Assembly (NCBI GenBank): GCA_964016885.1
Contig: OZ024750.1
Coordinates: 39,494,001 to 39,558,000, forward strand
Direction: 5' to 3'
Source of the DNA: Eledone cirrhosa
Lineage: Eukaryota
Length of the DNA stretch: 64,000 nt
The number at the start of each line of letters is the position of its first letter. Positions within the stretch are counted from its first letter, which is position 1. The notes below the pieces were generated by a model. It saw only the letters and a list, made by a program, of their open reading frames with translations. It was not told where the DNA came from and ran no database searches. Shown in pieces: positions 1 through 15,569 of this stretch. Position numbers and translations under genes: made by a program.

Positions 1-691
1 AGTGATGTCATTAATATAGATGATGAAGAGAAGTGGGCCCAACACAGTGCCTTGTGGGACTCCACTACTGACTTTGGCTGGGCTTGATTTGACTCCCTCA
101 ACTACAACATGTTGGGTTCTGTTTGACAGGAAGCTCTTGATCCACTGCAGCAGCTTTCCAGTGACACCAATATTGGACAGCTTTCTCAGTAGAATGTTAT
201 GATCAACCCTGTCAAAGGCCTTGCTGAAATCAAGGTAGATAACATCAGTGTTGGAACCCTCTCCCAAGGCTCTCAAAATGTCATCAAAGTGATGCAGTAG
301 TTGCGTCAGGCAATCCCTTCCATTACGGAATCCATGCTGGTTGGAGTTCAGCATATTGTTACTCTCAAGGAAGTGGGTCATTCGCGATCTCACCACTCGC
401 TCAAATACCTTAATGATATGAGAGGTGAGTGAGATTGGACGGTAATTCACGGCAAGGGATTTGTTTCCTTTTTGAAAACTGGGACAACAGACTGGGATAG
501 AAGGTTTTCTGGCACATATCCAGCATCCAGTGAGTTCCGCCACAGATTGGCAAGAGGAGAAGCAAGTTGGTGTTGACACGCCTTCAAGACACAAGCAGGG
601 AACCTATCGGGACCTACTGCTGAATTATGCTTGATTTCCTTTATTGCCGCCAAGACATCAGGGGCGCCAAACGTTATGTCCGATAAGGTGT
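1..691 (-). mobile_element. CR1/L2-type LINE reverse transcriptase fragment (frameshifted, cut by window edge and gap)
   Basis: The minus strand reads ...[11 protein letters not shown]...VVPVFKK, then after a frameshift [19 protein letters not shown]...[15 protein letters not shown]...[14 protein letters not shown]...[21 protein letters not shown]. These are standard non-LTR RT motifs. Confidence 0.9.
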
Positions 692-891
692 NNNNNNNNN
701 NNNNNNNNNNNNNNNNNNNNNNNNNNNNNNNNNNNNNNNNNNNNNNNNNNNNNNNNNNNNNNNNNNNNNNNNNNNNNNNNNNNNNNNNNNNNNNNNNNNN
801 NNNNNNNNNNNNNNNNNNNNNNNNNNNNNNNNNNNNNNNNNNNNNNNNNNNNNNNNNNNNNNNNNNNNNNNNNNNNNNNNNNNNNNNNNNN
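692..891. other. Assembly gap (200 N)
   Basis: Run of N. Confidence 1.
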
Positions 892-2700
<1,809 letters not shown>

Positions 2701-2751
2701 ATAATGAAATGACAGGAGGCTGGATTTGTGTAAATCCTTGAAAGGTTTATT

Positions 2752-2809
2752 ATACTATGATCATTTCAATGACCGGGTTCCGTATGAATCCGGTGATATC
2801 ATCAGGTAT
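2752..2809 (-). ncRNA. Candidate type I hammerhead ribozyme (Penelope-like/retrozyme style)
   Basis: The minus strand reads ATAC-CTGATGA-tatcACCGGattcatacggaacCCGGTcatt-GAAA-TGATCA-TA-GTAT-AATAAA. It has an intact core, stem I ATAC/GTAT and a palindromic stem III (ATGATCAT). Confidence 0.65.
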
Positions 2810-3339
2810 TCGAAATATAATACGTGAATGTAATAGATAAAATCCATGGGGCTGAAAATCAAGGACCCGAGGGAGACCGCCATCCAGCACCTTCTACCTT
2901 AGCCGGTCGCCCTCGATATATATATATATATATATTATATATTATATATATATATATATATAATATATATATATATATATAATATATATATATATATAAT
3001 ATATATATATATATATAATATATATATATATAAATAACCCCTTTCATTTATTAAATATTTATGATCTGTATTAGCAGTGGGCTACACATAATCTCAGACA
3101 TTTTTTCACAATGCTTTCCAATTTGATGTTGATAGGGAATAATATCAACCAGTGTAATATCATTTCTATAACTAGGAATTGAATTTCGAAGAGGGGAAAA
3201 TAGTAATTTGGACACAATAAAGAAACCATTATTGTTATTCTGTGACTTTAACACAGTAGATTTGGTGATATTAGAATGACAAATAAAAAAAAAAAAAAAA
3301 AAAAAGAAGTAAAAAGGGTGAGAAATGGCAAACTGATAA

Positions 3340-3575
3340 TAACCCATGGCTGCGTCCCACGGACAAGATGGCTAAAGTGTTGCTTTGGAGAACAGTTAGT
3401 GATACCAGCTACTTCCATCACGGGGGAGTAAGGTCTCCTTCCTCGTGTGTGATGTGATGTGGTATCTCTTGTCCTGATTTGGCAGAGGAAACCGATAGTC
3501 CAGGGACCGAGGACATCAGAGATATCTATGGCGATAGACACAAATATCAAATAGAAATTCAGCATGGCATAAGGG
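3340..3575 (-). mobile_element. Decayed C-terminal (restriction-like endonuclease) fragment of a CRE/R2-group non-LTR retrotransposon
   Basis: Translation YAML..YLIFVSIAIDISDVLGPWTIGFLCQI...QHFSHLVRG resembles the KY..L..F.P.A.ET.G.LGP.T..FL...RGN region. Confidence 0.45.
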
Positions 3576-3627
3576 GGGTGTATGAATGACAAGGCTAGTC
3601 CTATTGAATTACAGTAGATTGTAGCAA

Positions 3628-3712
3628 CGTGAAATAAAGTGTCTTGCCGAAGGACACAATGTGTCGCCGGGAATCGTGAGCCGAACATCCAAACCACTAA
3701 ACCACACATCCT
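3628..3712 (-). mobile_element. SINE family A head/core fragment
   Basis: GTGAAATAAAGTGTCTTGCCGAAGGACACAA...ACCACTAAACCAC is the reverse complement of the family A head/core. Confidence 0.6.
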
Positions 3713-5274
3713 TTTGATCATAAGTCTACTTGGTCAGAACTGACATAAGGCTAAGTAAAAACGAAGGACACACTTAACTTATGTAGTCCAGTGAAACACA
3801 ATATATTTCCTAATGATCCAGTAATGGTGCATACCAAAGTTTTGGTGGTCAACCACGAGTTTTAAGTCCTCGTGTGTTGCACAATACAGTTAAAAGTAAG
3901 TTTACTTTTGGTGGACCATCAAGTTTTTATTCATGAATTTTGTGAACGAGCTTCTGAAAAAAAAAAAAAACACAAAAACATTGTGCATCACTAGTCTTAG
4001 ATATATTCTAAAAAATAGGAAAAAACAAAAAACGAGCTGGCTTTTGTTGTAATAATTACCTTCGATGGTAGGCCAATAAGTTTAACACGGATGTTGGGCC
4101 TTTAAACAACACAGTCCATTTGAAAGAGGGTATATATATCGTGGTTGTATATACATATGATAAACACATATATACGCGGACAGCTTTTTTTTTCTTCTCA
4201 CAATGACATTTAAATAAATATTTACACAACACACACAATAACTTTCTCACAAAGACATTAAACTAAATATTTACCCTTAGTGATGTCATCAAAATCGTAA
4301 CAAGATTTGTGTGAGAGTACCAGTAACACAGTGAGACTGTCACGGGCTTCTGACTCGCATCAATTTTATACAAATGTATGAAAGTTTATGTTATTTCAAC
4401 TGACAGAACATTAAAATGGTGATGGGATTTTTTTTTCTTTCAGTTAGAAAAATAATAACTAAAGAATTTTTTATAGGGATCACCACACCATTATGTCGTG
4501 TTCCCAGTGAAAACAGACCTCACAACCAGGACCCGATTTAGACCAGTTCAGGTTTGGCGGCCACCTCACATATCAGCACGCCCGCAATCTCTCTCGATCT
4601 CTATATATATTATACACACACACATAGACATAAGCAAGAAAAGAGAGAAGGGGTCCAGGTTCGAAGGGGGGGGGGTCCAGGGCATTTACCCCGCCCGATA
4701 AATCCGACCCTGCTCACAACCCTTCCTTAGAACTCAGGTACCTACATTACTATACCAAGATATCGCACTCCCGATCATGACTGGATAGAAAAGTTGACGA
4801 CTTTTCGCCCCACTAGCTGGTCGAGGTCTCCAAGAGAGAAAGTAATGACACTAATTCTTCCCTTTTTTTGCCCCAAAGTAGTGTCAGGCTAACAAACGGT
4901 ACTCTATGTTTATAGGAGGACAAGCAATGCAGGTAGCGGCCTTTATGACTTCCTCAGGGGCAATAGTGGTGTAAAATGAAGTGAAATAACTTACTAAGAG
5001 CAGTGAAAACCGATGTGACAGTAAAGTTGTTTATCTTTGGTTTAAATGTACAGAGTAGTGATGTCGTCAGACACTAACACTTTCAGACTATCAAATTTCA
5101 ATGTTGCCATTATGTAATCCATTTATATAATTTAGACTTGTATAGTTGTAGTTATTAAGATTTAGTATTTTAGGAGCTGGTTTAATTTTAATTCATGGTG
5201 CTTCTAATAACACGACTGACATTGTCAAACATCGACCACAAATCAACACGAGAACCGCTATGTTATCACTAATA

Positions 5275-5750
5275 CTGCTAGATACAGCAGCTAAATCTTT
5301 CTCAAATCATACCTTATCGCATCGAAAAGAGCAGTACACATTAGATAATGTAGTCCAAGATAGGCAATGATCGAGAGAATGGCGGGATAGTCTGATTAAA
5401 TTAAAAGTTCAGCTTTGAAGAGGTGTTAAAAATGTGATAATTTGTAAAGTAAATACAAGTTAGTAAAGGACCAGATAGAACAAAAAAAAACAAACGAAGA
5501 AAAATGTGTCGTATTCCTTAAATAGCAACTTAGAGCACCACAGGACGATTATGTGGTCGTTCGATTAGCTAGAAATAGCAGTCAAAGATACCCCCCTCCC
5601 CCAAACCTCATCTTATTGACTTAAAAATCAAGAAAGGATACAAGTGAATAATGTAGTGTTAGATACACCATATCCGAAAAAGATGGGACGGTTTTGGTCA
5701 GAATGTTTTTAGTTAAAAAGGTTTGTTCGACCAAAGGCTGAATAACATAA
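5275..5750 (+). repeat. Two copies of an unclassified dispersed repeat (GCTAGAAATAGCAGCCAAA motif)
   Basis: The same motif recurs near 8890 (-), 13800 (+) and 44590 (+). Confidence 0.5.
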
Positions 5751-6669
5751 ACGGAAAATCTTGCCACACTTAGATGAGAATAATATTGGTTTTTAGAAGA
5801 ACTAAAAGATTCCCTTTAAACATCCCTTTAGCAATAACATGTTGGCATGTGGTCATAGCAGTTTTACCATCATCTAAAGTTACTTATTTTAGAGTCACAT
5901 TAAGATAAAATAATGAATGAAAGCGAAAGAAACTAGACTGGAAACCACTTTCGGTAAATATACTCTGTGATAGTTTCTAGAGTTAGATATTCTAGAAAGA
6001 TCGTTAAGAACAAAAAAAACTAAATAAATAAAGCAAATACAAAAACTGCTGACAGAAAAGAGTGACGTTGGAATAGAAAATGGATCTTTGATTTAAAACA
6101 ATTTAGATAGGAATATTTTGGTGTGTGTTGTGTTGTGTGTGACTGAAAATAAAATGATTAGAAAATTAACAGAAAAAAGAAGTGTGTGCTCGTATCTCTA
6201 AGGTAACGGAATAAACGCACCGAAGAAAAAAATATATTGATATATATATATGTATTGATAGTTGTGTCAAAATATTTTAACACATATACACACACATAAA
6301 TATGAAGGGAGTGTTTATCTGCGAGAAAGAAACACGTTGTATCATTGATGCTAACATTTGGTAGTGGCACTAGATTTACAATTTATATAGATATATACTG
6401 TATATATTAGATCAATCATGCTACAAAATATTGATAGGAAATGAAAGTAATTATAGAAATATATTGATATATATATATATGTAATGACTCACCAGGCATC
6501 GCTACCTTATTATAATCATATCATCTTTCTGAGTTTTCATTGTACCATTGCTTACTTCTGACTTTTTTTAAATGGGGGAGGGGACTAGAGAAATTGTCTC
6601 TCTGACCTCTGACCTCATTATGTCATGCGAGAGCATGACGGGAAATAGAATTCTGTGTCCGCTTAGACC

Positions 6670-7099
6670 GGATAAAAGAGAGAGGGTGAGAGAGACACAG
6701 AATGGAAAGGAGAGAGAGAGACACACAGATGGAAAGGAGAGAGAGAGAGACAGAAAGAAAGCGAGAGAGGGCGGGAGAGAGACACAGAATGGAAGAGAGA
6801 GAGAGAGAGACAGAAAGAAAGCGAGAGAGGGTGGGAGAGAGACACAGAAAGAAAGCGAGAGAGGGTGGGAGAGAGACACAGAAAGAAAGCAAGAGGATGT
6901 GGGAGAGAGACACACACAGAAAGAAAGGGAGAGAGGGTGGGAGAGAGAGACCGAAAGAAAGCGAGAGGGTGGGAGAGAGACACGGAAAGGAAGCGAGAGA
7001 GGGTAGGAGAAAGACACAGAAAGGAAGCGAGAGAGGGTGGGAGAGAGACACAGAAAAAATAGAGAGAGAAAAGAGAGAGAGATAAAGAAAGTAAGAGCG

Positions 7100-7136
<37 letters not shown>

Positions 7137-7295
7137 AAGGGTGGGAGAGTAAAAAGAAAGAGATAAAGAAAGGAAGGTAAAGAGAGAGAGAGAAAGAAAG
7201 AAAGGGAGAAACACACACAGAAAGAAATAGAGAGAGAGGGTGGGAGAGAGAAAGAGAGAGAGACACACACACACACACACAAAGAAAGAGAGACA
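6670..7295. repeat. Purine-rich compound repeat (~32-bp GAGAGAGGGTGGGAGAGAGACACAGAAAGAAAGC units plus GAAA/GA tracts)
   Basis: Direct reading. Confidence 0.9.
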
Positions 7296-8463
7296 GGGTA
7301 TAATTCTTAGAATTATTAAACGAACTTTTTTTAATTTTCACTGTTATTTATCTAAATTATTATTTGTTCATATTATATAAACATGAAAATGAAATAAAAT
7401 AAAGGGATTTAAAAAAAGTTAATTATTCGTAGTGAGTTAACGTTTGAGTGCTCGGGAAGTGTCGTCATTTTTTAAGTGAACATCCGCAATCTTGCTCTTT
7501 CTCTCTCTCTCTCTGACCTTCAAGTCTGTATAAGCAACATCGTTGGCAGTCGTAAGGTTGGTATACATTTCTCTCTCTCTCTGGCTAGACCTGCTTTCAT
7601 TCTTCACTTTTAAATATATTAACTTCCTTTAGATGTCTACTTTCCATTGAAACATCTTCCTTATCTAATCTATTTTAACAATCTTTAATCTTTGATAATG
7701 CTTCTCAAGATATTGCTGTTAAATTTTCCATTTGAAACGTGAAGGTCTGAGTGTCTTTTATAAAGCCGAGATAGCGTCAGCCATTGTTCATGTCCTTCCT
7801 TTCATTTACAATATATAGCAACCTTTAATGAGAATTTCACCATTTCTCACCTGAAAATACACATATATCTCCTCTAATATATGTACTCACACTTCCAGTT
7901 ACATTGACACTTTATTAATATTTATATAAATCAATGTAAATCTACAATATACATTTATAAAATATCTGCATGTCTTCGAGTAGATGGAATTTCATTTATC
8001 ATCATCATATCGTGTTCAGTTTTGTGTATTTTTTAGATGTTCTACATAATATAAATTTTTCTGCATATCTAAAAAAAAATCTTATTTAATTTGAAAATTT
8101 TGTAATATAATGTAAGAAAAAAAATATTAAAAAAGAACTGATTTTGCATTGAATGAAGAAAAAAAAAAAAAAGGATTTTATATTAATTATGGTAAAAGTG
8201 TTAAGTTTTTTGTCTTTGTTCTGCTAAATCAATGTCACATATAAAAGTTGAATGTCTTTAAAAGACATTTTAACCTTTTAGGGTTGGAATTGAAACTAAG
8301 AATGTGTATAAATATTTGTAGAATGATGGAGAGAGAGAATGGTTGAGTGTGAGATGTACTTTTAGATTGGAGACCATGATGGAACCTTTAATGGGGAATA
8401 TTTCATGATTAGAGGTTTTACACATGCAGTCACATACATGCATTCATATTAAATATATTAACA

Positions 8464-8618
<155 letters not shown>

Positions 8619-9615
8619 CTATATCTATATATATATATATGAATTATGTGTATATACATACACAGTCAAAAAAGCATCATTTTAGGATCTTTTAGCTGCC
8701 TTCAACTCCTTCTAAATTGTTTCACTCCAAGTGGATCTCAATTTAGCAGACAAACCTATGATCCAAGACATTCCAGCCATGACCATTCTGCTGACTTCTA
8801 TATTTATTACATACTATATTCCTTCTGACTACATTATCCTATCTGATGTTCTGATGTCTCTTTATTAAGAGAGGAGGGTGTGACGCGTAAAGCTGGCTGC
8901 TATTTCTAGCGTTTCGATCGACCGCATAGATGTTCCCTCATTGGTTCGTTCTGCATAGCTGATGTGCTGTATGTATGCCTGGCTTAAATATTTGTATTAT
9001 ATATATATATATATATATATACATCTCTCTCTCTCTATATATATATATACATGCACAAACATGCGTATATAAATATGTGCACTTGAGTTGTCTCTTATGC
9101 TTGTTACTCCTTGTCTCAAGGACACATCGGACACGGTTTTTAATCTGTTACACATATGCATACCTTGATATTTTCCCCTTCTAAGCTGCTAACCCCTTTA
9201 CTGCCTATCTGTATCAGACATAAGGGCTCTTAATGTTACCCCCTTCCTTATAACTAACTATTCTTCTCATTGCCATTATCTTGTATATAAGGAATTAAAA
9301 GAAAATCCCTAAAGTCTGCCAACATCGTTTTCCGAGCCAAATGGAAACAACCTTTGGTGCTTATGTAATGACTTTCATGTATCACATTTTTTATTTTAAA
9401 CATTTGATTAAAATTCTGATTACATTTTAATTAATTAAATATATCATCTAAACCCTGATGAATATTTGGGTTAAAGTTGATTGATATGCAAGAGGCCACA
9501 CCTTTTTTTATGTTGTCAATCAATCTGCTAGACACGTAAGTCTTCCCAGGTTAGATAGGACCCTAATTTAATCACACATTAGATAATGTCCGGGACATTA
9601 TCTTCTACGTATTTT

Positions 9616-9692
9616 CATCCTTACGGGGTCGATAAAATAAAGTACCAGTAATGCACTGGTTGATTGCTGGCCTTGTGCCTAAAGTAGAAACA
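9616..9692 (+). mobile_element. 5'-truncated SINE family B copy with 19-bp target-site duplication
   Basis: CATCCTTACGGGGTCGATAAAATAAAGTACCAG...GGCCTTGTGCCTAAAGTAGAAAC is flanked by ATTATCTTCTACGTATTTT at 9597-9615 and 9693-9711. Confidence 0.85.
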
Positions 9693-10224
9693 ATTATCTT
9701 CTACGTATTTTAATAAAATATAGGATCATTACTGGAATACCTTTCTTCATAGGTTTTCTCAACTTGGGGCTAAATAACTTAGAAGGGGACCTTAAGAACT
9801 TTGAGATCACAAATGTTCCGGTAATATATCCAGGGTTGTCGAATGTGTCCTTCACTTTTAAAACAGCAAGATATGACATAAAGGAAATGTATCTGGTATT
9901 TTTAGCAGGTCGATCAATCTACTTACGTGTAGGTTGCCAACTTAGGTGAATAGGGGAAGGTTGTCAAATAGGATATATTTATATTGAATTAAAACCGAGA
10001 GTTTAGCTTTAATTTATCATTTAATAACATTGGAGAAAACAGTTTCTCAAAAATATTGATAAATTTATTTTTCAGCTTGTAACTAATCGATAACTGCCAA
10101 CATCGATGTCTTGTTTTTTTTGTTTGTTTTTTTAATCTATTTTAATTTGTGGAAGAAATTTTTCAACTCGTTAGTTGGGATTTAAAAATAGATTGGGGGG
10201 GGGGGGGGTTTAAAATCGTATAGG

Positions 10225-10261
<37 letters not shown>

Positions 10262-10974
10262 GCTTTTTACCGTGTTGGACGTGACCTGAAGGTAAAACCG
10301 GGCACCTATTAAAGATATGGGTTAACGATAGGTAGGTGTTTGTGTTAGCAAGCCTCCTATGTCCTTGGTTTCTCACAGAAAGCAGCTGAGGTTGGCGAGA
10401 AGAGTTGCTTGTATAGTGTGTTGCACGTGCAGCCTGCTAACTTTAGCGTTTTGACCTTCATTCAATGTCTGTTGCATGTTAAGGGTATTGTGATGTTGGT
10501 GGGAAATAATGGCTGTTGTTGCTGCTAGTGATGATGATGGAGGGGGCTGGGATGTGGTGCAGGTGGAGGGCAGGGACTTTTATAGGTGATGACACGATAC
10601 ATGAAAGAACAGGCTACAGTTAGTGATATTACTACTGCTGCTGCTGTGTTTAGTCATCTTAATGGTGTACTCTGTCAACCATCACAAACTCTAGTGCTCA
10701 TTCGGCCGATGGTGGTCATTATATTTAATTATCGTCCAACATAATTTCTAGGAGGATTTATTAAAATAAATATATTTCCTATATTTCCTACCACCACCTG
10801 GTGACCTTACCTGTGTTTCTCGTCTCATTTGACCTTTTTGTTCGGCTAAAAGTAGCATCTTTATAGAAGGTTGTCTCGCTATTAACTTTAAATACAACAG
10901 GTTTTACTTGTATCAACACCATTTTTTAAGGACACGAATCATTTTTTGCCACCGTGTCAGAATTCAAATAATTG

Positions 10975-12367
10975 TGTGTGTAGACAGTTTAAATCTACAC
11001 ATTTCGCTGTGTAGACAGCTTATATCTACACATTTCACTGTGTAGACAGCTTATATCTACACATTTCTCTGGGTAGACAGCTTATATATACACATTTTAC
11101 TGTGTAGACAGTTTAAATCTACACATTTCACTGTGTAGACAGCTTATATCTACACATTTCACTGTGTAGACAGCTTATATCTACACATTTCTCTGGGTAG
11201 ACAGCTTATATATACACATTTCACTGTGTAGACAGCTTATATCTACACATTTCGCTGTGTAGACAGCTTATATCTACACATTTCACTGTGTAGACAGCTT
11301 ATATCTACACATTTCATTGTGTAGACAGCTTATATCTACACATTTTACTGTGTGTAGACAGCTTATATCTACACATTTCATTATGTAGACAGCTTATATC
11401 TACACATTTTACTGTGTGTAGACAGCTTATATCTACACATTTCGCTGTGTAGACAGCTTATATCTACACATTTCGCTGTGTAGACAGCTTATATCTACAC
11501 ATTTCATTGTGTAGACAGCTTATATCTACACATTTCATTGTGTAGACAGCTTATATCTACACATTTCACTGTGTGTAGACAGCTTATATTTTCACATTTC
11601 ACTGTGTAGACAGCTTATATTTTCACATTTCACTGTGTGTAGACAGCTTATATCTACACATTTCACTGTGTAGACGGCTTATATTTTCAGATTTCACTGT
11701 GTGTAGACAGCTTATATCTACACATTTCGCTGTGTAGACAGCTTATATCTACACATTTCACTGTGTGTAGACAGCTTATATCTACACATTTCACTGTGTA
11801 GACAGCTTATATTTTCACATTTCACTGTGTGTAGACAGCTTATATCTACACATTTCACTGTGTGTAGACAGCTTATATTTTCATATTTCACTGTGTAGAC
11901 AGCTTATATCTACACATTTCACTGTGTAGACAGCTTATATTTTCATATTTCACTGTGTGTAGACAGCTTATATCTACACATTTCACTGTGTGTAGACAGC
12001 TTATATCTACACATTTCACTGTGTGTAGACAGCTTATATCTACACATTTCACTGTGTGTAGACAGCTTATATCTACACATTTCACTGTGTGTAGACAGCT
12101 TATATCTACACATTTCACTGTGTGTAGACAGCTTATATCTACACATTTCACTGTGTAGACAGGTTGTATCTACACATTTCACTGTAGACAGCTTATATCT
12201 ACACATTTCACTGTGTAGACTGTTTATATCTACACATTTCACTGTGTAGACTGTTTATATCTACACATTTCCCTGTGTAGACAGCTTGTATCTACACATT
12301 TCCCTGTGTAGACAGCTTGTATCTACACATTTACCTGTGTAGACAGCTTATATCTACACATTTCACT
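10975..12367. repeat. Minisatellite, 31/33-bp unit TGTAGACAGCTTATATCTACACATTTCACTG(TG), ~44 copies
   Basis: Direct reading; each unit contains the inverted repeat TGTGTAGA...TCTACACA. Confidence 0.97.
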
Positions 12368-13486
12368 AATTGATTTAAGGTAAAGGTGAAAAGAAATCAT
12401 TTTTATATTGATCTTTTATATCATAATATCGTTTAATTACGATATAACTAGTTTTTGATACATTACATAATCAGTAAACACACTTTATACAATGAAATAT
12501 GATTGCAGGAAAAGACAAGTATTAAGAAAAAAGGGGAAACAAAAATAGACATTACTTTGTATTCGAAAGAATGTTCCCGAAACATAAGTTTTATATTGTA
12601 ACATTTACTTTTTTCTGGTTCTTTAAAAAGGGTGGCATTTTTTTTTTTACAAAAGATGTTTCGGAAATTTTAGATCTGTGGTTTCCAAATTTTTGTCACT
12701 GGAAAACCCTTACACAATTCTTCAAAAATCACGGAATCCAGTCACCCCTCTAATTTTTGATAAGACATAAAATGACATGTTATTTCAGAGAGAATTTATT
12801 CACATAAAAACACATGCATTTTAAAATAATATTTTAAGATTCCTTATTTCACAGGACCCCAACTTTTTTCGTGGAACCCACATTGGTAAACACTTGAGCA
12901 TAACTCTAGTTTAGTGCTCCACTCCCCTGCCATATTCCCCACTTAATGTATATTAAATGGAATTTGGCAAGTATACCTTTTAGAAGTAGGTTAATATTAT
13001 GCTGATTATATTAAAAATTATTCTATAGTTCCGTTATATACAATAACGTTTGCATTTTTATCTTGCTTTCCAATTCTCTTGAAAATGTACACCATTATTG
13101 AGAATATTACCATTGATTTTATACTGGAATGTCATTTCTACAACTATGGATTGCCAACAAAAACAAGAAAAAAGCCAATCTTAATCTACATATTTGAAAT
13201 TGTATCTGTAAAATTTCTTTAAAAAAATCTGCATTAAGAAAGTTATAAGAAAACTAAGTCGGAGTATGTGTAACTAAATTGTATTTATGCATGCTTTTCT
13301 AGGTCACTATTATAATATCATTATCATAAACATGAGCTTGACGAATCAAAGCTTCAATTTGAATAAGGTAAATCGAATCTGTGATAAATACGAAGATCTT
13401 GGCTGTTTAAAATGTTTTATTCAATGGAGATTTATATATATCAGTTCTGTTATTGTAGTAAATTATATATATATCATACATAATGG

Positions 13487-13519
<33 letters not shown>

Positions 13520-14391
13520 CGAATATTTGCCGGCTCGTCTTACTCAAGTATCAGGTGATGCTCGTCAGGTGCTTGGCTGTTCCAGTGCCTCAGCCTCACT
13601 ATCACTCGTTGTAATGCTGGGAGTATCTTGGGTTGGCTTTGATATTTTTAGGGGGCAATAGCAGCAGCTACCCTTGCTGTGTGTAATTTAAGGAGTTTGT
13701 GTTTTTTCTTACTCATTTTTATTATCCAGTGCTTTGTCTGCCCCAAATACTGAAATTTCATTCGAGAGCCAACAAAGGGGCCTCTACGTGTTTATTCGAC
13801 CTGCTAGAAATAGCAGCCAAATTTTCCTATAAGTATTATTGACCTGACAGTCATGTACTTTGGATATGTATTTCTATAAGATGCGATGGTCACAACTGAG
13901 ACGTCTATAGTTATAGTTCAACGTTGTTAACCCCTTTCAAACCGCCCATAGTTCTGTGTTACAAAGCTGTTTTAATGTTTATATTTATCTAAAAACCTTA
14001 CGTCGAAACGTGTAAGAACCTTTGCTCTAAAATAAAGTTATTTTACTAAATTCCTCTCAATTATTTGGAGATCAAAAGCAGTCTTTCATCAGAAATAGTA
14101 AGAAAAAAGCCAAAAGAGGAAGACGAGTTCTTGTGCTCTATGTAACCATTGAATGGATTAGAGTTGGCCTTCACTGTTTTCCTAAAATCTATGTTTATAT
14201 AAGTCTAATACGTTTATATGACTATATATAAAATATAGTCTAATTTTAATTGTATTTCTCTTGTCAATAATCCTTTATTATTCCTGATTAATAGTTTTAT
14301 AATTATTTATTAGAAAATATTCTGTTGTCAGCATTATTTCAGGTATTTTAGTTGAAATGAATGTTTTAATATTGACTTCAACAGATAAACA

Positions 14392-14422
<31 letters not shown>

Positions 14423-14471
14423 ACACACACACATATACATACACATGCAAACATACAGACGTCCGTTTCAG

Positions 14472-14570
14472 TATAGAAATTACTTCTTCAGGACTAGAAC
14501 TGTTTCATTCCAAAGAATGATGATGTCTTACGAATGAAACAGTGCAAGTCCTGTAGAAGTCATTTCTATA
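14472..14570. repeat. Imperfect inverted repeat, 39-bp arms (35/39 complementary), 21-nt loop
   Basis: 14472-14510 pairs with 14532-14570. Confidence 0.85.
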
Positions 14571-14659
14571 ACGACAATATGAATATACCTATACTCTGTT
14601 AACGTATTGAGTACTTTTTGATTTACGTGGGGGTCCTATATATATATATATATATATAT

Positions 14660-14900
14660 CATCACCACCGTTAGCATGGGTTAGACGGGTTGTCCTGTTG
14701 TAGGCAGTGTCCGGTCGGCTGACTTTTGTCTTGCTCATACGGGAACTGATTTTGGCTTGATTTCTACAGCTGGATGCCCTTCCTAACACCAACCTCATCT
14801 ACAGTGAGTGCTGGGTGCTTTTTTTCCGTGGCGACTACAGGTCCACTTTACAGTGTGGGCTGGGTGCTTTTTTGCCGTGACACCTCCACGACCACTTTGC
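14660..14900 (-). mobile_element. SINE family A 3' half
   Basis: TTTCTACAGCTGGATGCCCTTCCTAACACCAACC matches the full copies. Confidence 0.8.
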
Positions 14901-15219
14901 AGTGGGGGCATATTGTCTATATGCTTCAGCATCGGCTTGTACCCGTGGGGGGGGGGGGGGGGGTCGGTATATAGACATATATATATATATGGTTGGCGTT
15001 AGGAAGGGCATCCAACCATAAAAAACTAGCCAGAAATACTCCTATATGAGCGAGACATGGTCACTCGACCTAACTTGTCTCTAAATGGGACAAACCCACC
15101 TAACCCATGCTAGCATGGAAGATGGATGTTAATCGATGATGATGAAGGCTTCAAGGACATCATCTTTGTCCGTTGTCGTTTTAACTTGGATTGCCTTGAG
15201 AACGTAACCTTATGTATGA

Positions 15220-15332
15220 AGCCATCTGATGAGATCATGGCACTGGGTACGTGGAATCGTGTGGCCACTGTTGTCATTGAAATATGTATCTTGTCAATAA
15301 AGGACTTTAATATCTGAAACTTCGCATTTTCT

Positions 15333-15340
<8 letters not shown>
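15220..15340 (+). mobile_element. Hammerhead-like short element (degenerate)
   Basis: CTGATGA...GTCATT-GAAA-TATGTA-TC...AATAAAGGACTTTAATATCTGAAACTTCGC, followed by (TA)n. The same tail occurs inverted at ~61298-61345. Confidence 0.45.
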
Positions 15341-15368
<28 letters not shown>

Positions 15369-15504
15369 TGTTTACACGTGTTCCCTTTATTTACGTGTCC
15401 CAACGACTTTTTTTAGCCGTTTCTCGCACCAACCGGAGGTATATGGTCTTTAAAGCGATGAAATACCAATGATGGTTGGAAGATCACTGATGAAGGACTA
15501 ACTT

Positions 15505-15569
<65 letters not shown>

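Noticed and set aside
9453-9475. CTGATGA (also at ~15486) as further hammerheads
   Set aside because: No properly placed stem II, GAAA or stem III.
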